From assembly GCA_965214295.1 (NCBI GenBank), contig OZ243944.1, positions 821,395-885,394 of the forward strand: a stretch of 64,000 nt of DNA. Reading direction: 5' to 3'. A program made the translations under genes and the position numbers. This DNA is from Chloroflexota bacterium (lineage in GTDB: Bacteria; Chloroflexota; UBA11872; UBA12225; JAJDUF01). Positions 57,482-64,000 of this stretch are shown here, one piece after another (within the stretch, counting starts at the first letter, position 1; every line of letters starts with the position of its first letter). The notes under the pieces were generated by a model. It saw nothing but the letters and a program-made list of their open reading frames with translations. It did no database searches and was not told the DNA's origin.

Positions 57482-58333
57482 TCATTCCTCCCGATGCAGG
57501 CGGCGATAGACCTCACGGCGCGGCTGCCCCGTTTCGGCGACGAGCCGGACCAAGGCTTGCCGGCGATCACCCAGCGTATCGCACAACGCGGTGAAGCGCC
57601 GGGCCAGCAGCGCGTCGTCGCAGCGCAGCAGCTCCGGCTCTCCCGCAAGGACCGTCGTCGGCCCGTCACCACTGCCTCGCAGCACAAGGACGAACTCGCC
57701 GCGCGGTGGCTTGAGTGCGAGCCGCGCCGCGACAACGGCGGCCGGCCCGCGCACGATCTCCTCGTGGAGCTTGGTCAGCTCGCGGCCCACAACGAGCTGC
57801 TGCGCGCCGGCAACGGCCGCGACGTCGGTAAGCGCCGCCTGGAGCCGATGCGGCGTCTCGAAGCACACGATGACACCCGGGAGGGCAACATAGCGCTCGA
57901 TGAGGTCGCGGCGGTCCTTACGCTTGCGAGGCAGAAAGCCCAGAAAGTGAACCGGCCCCGACCCGCAGCCGGCTACGGAGATCATGGCGCTCAACGCCGA
58001 GGGGCCGGGTAGCGGCACGACCGCGTGGCCGGCGGCGGCCGCGGCGTTCACCAGCTCCGCGCCAGGATCGCTGATGCCGGGCGTGCCGGCATCGCTGACC
58101 AGCGCGACATCGCCCTTATCCAGCAAGGCCAGGATGCGCGGCAACTGCCGGCGCTCGTTGTGCTGGTAGTAGCTGATGAGCGGCGTAGCGATCTCGTAGT
58201 GGCGCAGCAGCTTGGCCGTATGGCGCGTGTCCTCGGCGGCAATGTGACCGACGGAGCGCAGAACGTCCAGGGCACGCAGCGTAATGTCACCCAGATTGCC
58301 GATGGGCGTCGCAACGACAAACAATCGGCTCAT
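57482..58333 (-). CDS. rsmI: 16S rRNA (cytidine1402-2'-O)-methyltransferase RsmI
   Basis: LFVVATPIGNLGDITLRALDVLRSVGHIAAEDTRHT tetrapyrrole-methylase fold typical of RsmI. Confidence 0.9.
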   Translation of the reverse strand: MSRLFVVATPIGNLGDITLRALDVLRSVGHIAAEDTRHTAKLLRHYEIATPLISYYQHNERRQLPRILALLDKGDVALVSDAGTPGISDPGAELVNAAAAAGHAVVPLPGPSALSAMISVAGCGSGPVHFLGFLPRKRKDRRDLIERYVALPGVIVCFETPHRLQAALTDVAAVAGAQQLVVGRELTKLHEEIVRGPAAVVAARLALKPPRGEFVLVLRGSGDGPTTVLAGEPELLRCDDALLARRFTALCDTLGDRRQALVRLVAETGQPRREVYRRLHREE

Positions 58334-58353
58334 GGCGCTACGCGATCATGGCC

Positions 58354-58854
58354 TTACGCCATCGCTGAGGCCATAGCTCTGGCCCTAGCCAGAGTGAGTG
58401 TGGCTAGCTCCGGAGGCTGCATCTCTTCCGGGAGCGGCTCGTTCCCGGAAGCCATGCTCTCCAGCACCAGACCGATAGCTTCAGCAGCCATTGCCAGCGC
58501 TTCCTGACAGTCGGCCCCTTCCGTAATACAGCCGGGAAGCAACGGCACGGTCACGGTAAACACTCCTGATTCCTCGTCCGGCTCCAGCACGATGGTATAC
58601 GTGCGGAGTATGGGCCGGTTGACTTGGACACGGGCCAGCACTGCCGGCCCTCCGGCTGGCGGATCATCCAAGCCCGCTGCTGCAAGCGACGCCAGGTGTT
58701 CGGGCAGCGCAGCCTGTGCCCGCTTCAGAACGAGGCTACGGGATGGCGCCGTCAGGCGATCCGAGCCATAGGGCGGCAGGACGACCGTCCAGGGAGCGCT
58801 ATGCCCGGAGCTTGGTATAAGGACGACGGTTACTCGGCGCATATGCTTCTCCAT
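58354..58854 (-). CDS. hicB: HicB-family antitoxin with tandem HicB-like domains
   Basis: Two consecutive HicB-like cores: VTVVLIPSSGHSAPWTVVLPPYG... and YTIVLEPDEESGVFTVTVPLLPGCITEGADCQEALAMAAEAI. Confidence 0.65.
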   Translation of the reverse strand: MEKHMRRVTVVLIPSSGHSAPWTVVLPPYGSDRLTAPSRSLVLKRAQAALPEHLASLAAAGLDDPPAGGPAVLARVQVNRPILRTYTIVLEPDEESGVFTVTVPLLPGCITEGADCQEALAMAAEAIGLVLESMASGNEPLPEEMQPPELATLTLARARAMASAMA

Positions 58855-58882
58855 TTACATGATACACCGCTGTCTCCCATGG

Positions 58883-59113
58883 CTAGAGGAGTACCCGGAA
58901 CTTGTCGGCTGTCAGGTCAGCTTGCTTGAGGATTGTATTGAGCACGCGCGGTGAAAGTGTTCGGCCAGCGTGCAGCGGTACCGCTACTCGGCGACCGGGC
59001 TTCTCCGGACGGTTGAGTTGATGGTGGCTTCCCCGTGTACGTACAATCTCCCAGCCACTACGACGCAAGGCACGCAAGCACTCGTTGCCGGTGATGCGAG
59101 GCAGACGAGGCAT
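58883..59113 (-). CDS. hicA: HicA-family mRNA interferase toxin
   Basis: 76 aa; LRRSGWEIVRTRGSHHQL...VAVPLHAGRTLSPRVLNTILKQADL matches the YcfA/HicA fold with the GSHH motif. Confidence 0.75.
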   Translation of the reverse strand: MPRLPRITGNECLRALRRSGWEIVRTRGSHHQLNRPEKPGRRVAVPLHAGRTLSPRVLNTILKQADLTADKFRVLL

Positions 59114-59119
59114 GAGGCG

Positions 59120-60010
59120 CTACCGTCCCCAATCGCGCGAGTAGAGGAAATCGCGATCTATTGTGCGTTGCGAGACCTTGGCGATCAGAGGCAGTTGGCG
59201 CTTGAACTGCGAGCCTTGCACCAGGCGTTGCACCCGCCGAACGAAGGCTGGATCGAGTCCCTCCGCGATCAACTCGTCGGCTGAGTACCGCTCGTCTATC
59301 AGCAGGTACAGCAGTTGGTCCACCTGTTCGTAGGTGAAACCCAGCTCGCCCTCGTCCGACTGCCCTGCCCAGAGATCGGCGCTGGGCGGCTTGTCGAGAA
59401 TGGCCTGGGGCACGCCGAGCGCAGCCGCCAGCTGGCGCACCTGCGTCTTGTACAGGTCGCCGATGGGGTTCAGGGCGCTGGCCATGTCGCCCCAAAGGGT
59501 GCCATAGCCCAGCAGTAGCTCCGTTTTGTTGCTGGTGCCCACGACGAGGGCCTCAAAGGCCTCGGACTGGTCGTAGACGGCGATCATGCGCGCGCGCGCC
59601 ATGACGTTGCCGCGCCGCTTGGGAGTCAGCTCTTCTTCCCAGTCGGTATACGCTTCCACCATCGGCGTAATCTCGAAGATGCGATAGTCAATGTCGAGCG
59701 CGGCCACCACCCGATGCGCGTCGCCGAGACTGGCCGGATTGCTGGTGCGATAGGGCAGCATGATCGCCCGCACACGATCCGGTCCCAGCGCCGCGACTGC
59801 CAAGTAGGCCGTCAACGCCGAATCAATGCCCCCGGACAGCGCCACCACCACGCGCTCGTACCCGACCTTGGCAATCTCCTCCCGTATGAAGCCGTGCAGC
59901 AGGCGCGTCGTCAGCTCGACGTTGAGGCGCATCCCTTGATCTGCACGCGCTGCCAGCGCCGGCGGCACAGTGAAGGTGCTTGGGGCGGCTTCGTCGGTGC
60001 TGGTGGTCAT
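59120..60010 (-). CDS. nadE: NAD+ synthetase (synthetase domain only)
   Basis: PP-loop [17 protein letters not shown] and the rest of the NAD synthase fold. Confidence 0.9.
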   Translation of the reverse strand: MTTSTDEAAPSTFTVPPALAARADQGMRLNVELTTRLLHGFIREEIAKVGYERVVVALSGGIDSALTAYLAVAALGPDRVRAIMLPYRTSNPASLGDAHRVVAALDIDYRIFEITPMVEAYTDWEEELTPKRRGNVMARARMIAVYDQSEAFEALVVGTSNKTELLLGYGTLWGDMASALNPIGDLYKTQVRQLAAALGVPQAILDKPPSADLWAGQSDEGELGFTYEQVDQLLYLLIDERYSADELIAEGLDPAFVRRVQRLVQGSQFKRQLPLIAKVSQRTIDRDFLYSRDWGR

Positions 60011-60936
60011 GGTAGATCGTAGTGGGAACGGTAAATACGGGTCAGCTCACGATAGGTCAAGTCCAGGCGCTCATCGCGCAGCAGGGGCAGGCGGCTCCGC
60101 TGCCGGCGCAGTGGCAGTGGTGAGAGCTTGGCAGTGACCAGGCACTCTTCATAGTAAGGTCCGTGGGCGAGGCGTTGTCCGTCCGGTCCGAATACACTTG
60201 ATCCGCCGAAGAAATTGATCCCGTCCTCGTAGCCGACGCGATTGCAGTGGACAACATAGCAGGTCAAGAACTGCGAGTAGAACTCTCCGATGTGTTCATA
60301 GGCCAGCGCACTATCGAGATCGGGCGATGATTCCGATGTGCCGCGCCCAGGAGAGCTGGAAATGCCGATCAAGACCTCCGCGCCGTCATAGGAGGCGATA
60401 ACGGCCGCGGCCGGGTGCCACAGGTCCTCGCAAATCAAGATCGCGGCGCGTCCGCAGCGACTGTCAAAGGCGCGAATGCGATCACCGGCCCCGAAGAAGC
60501 GGCCGTCGTCAAAGATGCCGTAGGTCGCCGGATAGACCTTACGATGGACATGTTTAATTTGGCCGTCTTCCAAATAGGCGGCGGCAATGTAGAACTGCTG
60601 GCGCTCGGACTCCTCGGCAAAGCCGACAATCATCGGCAGGTCGTGGCTCGCCGCCAACAGCGGCTCCCACGACGGGTCATCGCACCGCCACGCCACGTCC
60701 GGGACCAGGTCTTTGACATAATACCCGGTCAGCGACAACTCCGGGAAGATAAGCATATCCACCCCGGCCTCGCGCGCCTGTTCGATGCAGGCCAAGTGCA
60801 TCTCGACGTTTGCCGCCACGTCACCGAGACGCGGGGAAACCTGCGCCAGCCCGAGCTTGCAGCGCGGCGGCCGCCTCGGGGATGCCGGCTGCTGCCGTCG
60901 GTTCTCCGTCACAGTGCCGTCTGCCTCCAGATGCAT
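60007..60936 (-). CDS. carbon-nitrogen hydrolase (nitrilase superfamily), likely glutaminase partner of NadE
   Basis: Glu-Lys-Cys triad context ([27 protein letters not shown]); the stop overlaps the nadE start by 4 nt. Confidence 0.8.
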   Translation of the reverse strand: MHLEADGTVTENRRQQPASPRRPPRCKLGLAQVSPRLGDVAANVEMHLACIEQAREAGVDMLIFPELSLTGYYVKDLVPDVAWRCDDPSWEPLLAASHDLPMIVGFAEESERQQFYIAAAYLEDGQIKHVHRKVYPATYGIFDDGRFFGAGDRIRAFDSRCGRAAILICEDLWHPAAAVIASYDGAEVLIGISSSPGRGTSESSPDLDSALAYEHIGEFYSQFLTCYVVHCNRVGYEDGINFFGGSSVFGPDGQRLAHGPYYEECLVTAKLSPLPLRRQRSRLPLLRDERLDLTYRELTRIYRSHYDLP

Positions 60937-61773
60937 TGTATCGCGCCAGGGCCTATCCGGCCCCTACCCCGTCATCGCGCGCCCCCGCTTCATTGCGGCG
61001 CAGGCCGCAATCCCAGGGGCACGATTGCTCGCGCCTAGATGCTCGTCATTGCGGCGCAAGCCGCCATCCAGGCTAGCGGCCGTGAACTGGAAGTCCCACC
61101 GGGCGCTCCACCAACCGGCAGCCGCCATTTTTCAGTGCCGGGCCTCCCCCCGTTGCGTTCCGCCGCCCGGCCGCGATGTACCTGTACGTGGGCGTGGGCA
61201 CGACCGCTGCCGGCACGCAACGACGCGCCTCCAGGCTCCCCTGTCAAGAGCTCACCGGGGAGCCGGGCCGTCCTGCGGCCCGGCTGACGTGCCCCGCAGT
61301 CCCGCGGCTTCGGCCGCACGCACACTCGCACACTTGCTCTTTGCGCTCTTGCTCTTTGCACTCTTGCTCTCGCGGGCACGCCAGCCCACGCCCACACACC
61401 ACTACCCCACACTCAACCGGATTAACCCACCGAGAGACCGGCGGACAAGAGGTGGTACGCAGGTAGAGGTGGTACGCAGGTAGGGGCGCCATTCATGGCG
61501 CCCAGAGCCGGCCCCGAGCGTGACCAGGGGCCGCGATCAACCGTGCCCCGCCCCTGGCGGCTGCCGCCGCAGTGCCTGCACCGGGGAAACCCGGTGCCGA
61601 GCGCCAAGGCGCGGTGAATCGCGTCCCTACACAAAAAACCCACCCCTGCCGGCGGCCGGGTCACTGGCCACGAGCCACTGGTCAGGGGGCCACGATTGCT
61701 CGCTCACCTCGCTGCGGTCCTCCCCCAGGCGCCCGCGCGCCCGGCCCGCCGGTTGAGGATACCGGCTCAACCG

Positions 61774-62391
61774 TCAACGCCGCTCGCCAATGGGCCGCGC
61801 CGGAGTACCACCGACGACCTGGTACGGTGCTACGTCGCGCGTCACCACGGCCCGCACCGCCACCACGGCGCCCCGGCCAATGGTGACACCCGGCAGCACC
61901 ACCACGTCGCTGTAGAGCATGACATCGTCCTCGATGGTCACGGGCGCCGTGCAGATCGGTGCCGCCAGCACGGGCACCGCGCGCCGCGCCGTATCGTGGG
62001 TATGAGTGTAAATCTGAGTCCACCGGCCGATATGGACACCGGCGCCAATGCGGATCGGCGCGGAGCAATCGAGGTGGCAGTCGGACAGCACCACGCTCCC
62101 CTCCCCTAGCTCGAAGCTCGTCGCACCCGCGACCGGCTCATCAATACCGAGGCGCACCCGATCGCGTATCTCGCAGCCGGCGTGGAGCCGGAGACGTAAG
62201 CCGCTCGTGAAGTAGAAGCCCTCGTGCAGCGTCACCCCGCCGCCAACGGTACAGCCGGGCCGCCGGCGCAGCACCGCGGCCCGCGCGCCCCGCAACGTGT
62301 GCCAGTAGGGGCGGAGCCGGTGCAGGTCGGGCAGCGCGCAGAGCCAGCGGCAGAGCGCGAGGTTGCCGGGTGAGCGAGGCAAGCGAGGCAT
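61774..62391 (-). CDS. hexapeptide-repeat (left-handed beta-helix) acyltransferase
   Basis: Repeating [LIV]G-x4 hexapeptides (IGAGVHIG, IEDDVMLYSDVVVLPGVTIGRGAVVAVRAVV). Confidence 0.8.
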   Translation of the reverse strand: MPRLPRSPGNLALCRWLCALPDLHRLRPYWHTLRGARAAVLRRRPGCTVGGGVTLHEGFYFTSGLRLRLHAGCEIRDRVRLGIDEPVAGATSFELGEGSVVLSDCHLDCSAPIRIGAGVHIGRWTQIYTHTHDTARRAVPVLAAPICTAPVTIEDDVMLYSDVVVLPGVTIGRGAVVAVRAVVTRDVAPYQVVGGTPARPIGERR

Positions 62392-62480
62392 GGTGCCTTG
62401 GGTTTGAGTTATACCAAGTCGGCAACGAGTCGCCGTGTAGAGTGGGCGTAGCCTGCTACACCCCTACGAACATCCCACCC

Positions 62481-63800
62481 TCACTTCAGGAGCGTTACGA
62501 TGCCTTCTCGTAGTGGGACCTGGTGCCGCTGCGTATTATGGCCCCACTTCCCCCCGCGCTGCCGCAGCACTTCGATTTCATAGGCGGAAAACCCGATACT
62601 CACACCCAACCGACCGATCAGCTCATCGGTCGGGATGTGGACCCCATAGGGCGCCGAGTCTCCCAGCACCAGCACGAACCGACCACCTGGCTTGAGTACG
62701 CGGTAGGCAGCCTTGAGCACCAGCAGCATGTCCTCGAAATAGCCGGCCGTCACGAGATCATACGTTTTCTTCCCACGCTTCACCCGGCGCTGCTCTCGCA
62801 GCTGTGCGATGATCGCTTGCAAGTCCGCATGAACCTCGGCATCCACTTTCCTAATCCCCGGGCAGGAGCGAACGCCATTCATGGCACTCACGCGCACTTG
62901 GGTCGTGGCCGCCATAATCAGGTGATCTCTGACCTGGGCGGTGATTTCCCCCCAACTCGTATAGATACCCCAAAAGTACGTCTCTAGCCGTGTCCGGTCA
63001 GCATAGTCATAGTTATTCATATACGGCGGGGAGGTAACGAGCAGGGCTACCGATTCCGGGTCAAGGTAGCAGTCAATCCGACGCGCATCGCCTCGAATAA
63101 GGTAGTGAGGTGCCGATAGAGCGAGCAGTTTGGTCGTTTGGACATCGCTAATCATCAAGTCGCAGCGTCGGCTGAACTCCGTGAAGGGGTCTCGATCTAC
63201 GGTACGCGCATGATACTTACTCGGCGCGATATAGGGCCAACCGGCCCCGGCGGTGTTCACGACTCGTAGCGTCGTCGTCAAGGCCAGCTTGAGAAACTGC
63301 GTTTCCGGCTGCTCCTGATCGAGCGCCAGCAGGGCCGCCCGTAGAGCAGCGAGCTTCCGCAGGCTCTCGGTGGTAAAGCACTTGTAGATGAGGTCGGGCC
63401 ACAGACCGGCTATCTCAATCCGCCGGTGCCGCTCCTGAGCAACGCGCAGCACCCCAGCCACATGCGACTGCACGCGGTCCCGGTCGTAGTCGAGATGGAG
63501 TTTCGTTTCGGCCACCCAATGCACAAACGCATGCGCCTCGACACCGACGGAGCGGATGCCCAGCAGCTTGGCCGCCAGCAAAGTAGTGCCGGTCCCCGCA
63601 AACGGATCGCCAATGACATCGCCCGGTTGCAGCTCTAGCTCGCGGCTCTTCTGCTCGACCAGCTTATAGGAGAAACCGGCCGGATAGGTGAACCAACGAT
63701 GGATCGGCGCCCGGAGGCTATCGCGGAAGGAACCGTATAACTGGGTCTCGGCGACCGCTGGCACGTGGTCCCCCTTCTTGTCTTGTCCAAGAACGGTCAA
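62481..63800 (-). CDS. DNA methyltransferase (N6-adenine/N4-cytosine, SPPY motif), orphan
   Basis: Motif I DVIGDPFAGTGTT and motif IV LLVTSPPY; GC about 59%, below the local background; TTG/GTG start near 63800. Confidence 0.78.
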   Translation of the reverse strand: MTVLGQDKKGDHVPAVAETQLYGSFRDSLRAPIHRWFTYPAGFSYKLVEQKSRELELQPGDVIGDPFAGTGTTLLAAKLLGIRSVGVEAHAFVHWVAETKLHLDYDRDRVQSHVAGVLRVAQERHRRIEIAGLWPDLIYKCFTTESLRKLAALRAALLALDQEQPETQFLKLALTTTLRVVNTAGAGWPYIAPSKYHARTVDRDPFTEFSRRCDLMISDVQTTKLLALSAPHYLIRGDARRIDCYLDPESVALLVTSPPYMNNYDYADRTRLETYFWGIYTSWGEITAQVRDHLIMAATTQVRVSAMNGVRSCPGIRKVDAEVHADLQAIIAQLREQRRVKRGKKTYDLVTAGYFEDMLLVLKAAYRVLKPGGRFVLVLGDSAPYGVHIPTDELIGRLGVSIGFSAYEIEVLRQRGGKWGHNTQRHQVPLREGIVTLLK

Positions 63801-63827
63801 GGCGGCCGCGGCGGCGCTTCGGCGCCC

Positions 63828-64000
63828 TCAGCGGTGAGCCGGCAATTCACCCATCCACTCCAGCACGCGCGCGGCGCGCTCCTCCCACGTATAGCACCGC
63901 ACCGCCACCGCGGCCGCCGCGGCCAGACGCCGGCCGCGCCCCGGGTCCTCCAGAATAGCGGTGATACCGGCGGCGAGTGCCGGCGGCGAATCGGGCGGCA
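63828..64000 (-). CDS. glycosyltransferase family 1 (GT4-like) C-terminal fragment; 5' end beyond the window
   Basis: ...GITAILEDPGRGRRLAAAAAVAVRCYTWEERAARVLEWMGEL-stop resembles GT4 C-termini. Confidence 0.5.
   Translation of the reverse strand, partial: PPDSPPALAAGITAILEDPGRGRRLAAAAAVAVRCYTWEERAARVLEWMGELPAHR

Noticed and set aside
58354-58641. Short 96-aa HicB starting at GTG 58641.
   Set aside because: The upstream 85 residues form a second HicB-like core and leave only 28 bp to hicA, so the full 166-aa ORF is more plausible.
61682-62068. 128-aa ORF overlapping the hexapeptide acyltransferase in another frame.
   Set aside because: It sits entirely within a gene of clear family assignment, and its composition is typical of an antisense or alternate-frame artefact.

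Overview
This 64 kb window is very GC-rich (about 68% overall) and densely seeded with several families of short palindromic repeats. That pattern fits a Chloroflexota (Thermomicrobia-like) chromosome, but no lineage call can be confirmed from sequence alone. Most of the window is ordinary chromosome. Housekeeping and metabolic genes include a partial 2-hydroxyacid dehydrogenase 3' end, a TrmH/SpoU methyltransferase, an OmpR-type response regulator with its histidine kinase, guaB, plsX, pntAA-pntAB-pntB, an aspartate-family aminotransferase, an amidase, MenG/UbiE, a polyprenyl diphosphate synthase, TatD, RsmI, a split NadE and one tRNA-Arg(ACG). Two larger clusters are present. One is a minus-strand beta-oxidation-like cluster (MaoC dehydratase, acyl-CoA dehydrogenase, DUF35 protein, SCP-x-type thiolase, SDR, family III CoA-transferase). 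The other is a complete MoxR-DUF58-DUF4381-BatA-BatB-BatC-BatD-BatE operon (36950-46126). Scattered through the window are toxin-antitoxin modules: Phd/VapC, HigB/HigA-like, VapB/VapC and HicA/HicB. Both VapC toxins carry lesions.

The most unusual signals are:
- a roughly 45-51 bp palindromic element inserted in-frame inside at least three unrelated genes (acyl-CoA dehydrogenase, amidase, MenG), reminiscent of Rickettsia palindromic elements;
- a low-GC (about 50%) island at 35.2-36.8 kb carrying a HEPN/DUF4145-like protein next to a HigB/HigA pair;
- an orphan nitrile-hydratase alpha-subunit homolog with a variant CTPCSC motif and no beta subunit;
- a MenG/UbiE-FemAB fusion;
- guaB bracketed by inverted copies of a composite repeat;
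- four in-frame TGA codons in three otherwise recognisable genes (thioredoxin-like ferredoxin, vapC, batE-like);
- a GH5-like protein lacking both catalytic glutamates;
- a 4-copy 65-bp tandem array;
- an orphan DNA methyltransferase of reduced GC.

All coordinates come from reading the six-frame ORF track and the sequence by eye. Start codons are approximate, and no database search could be run.
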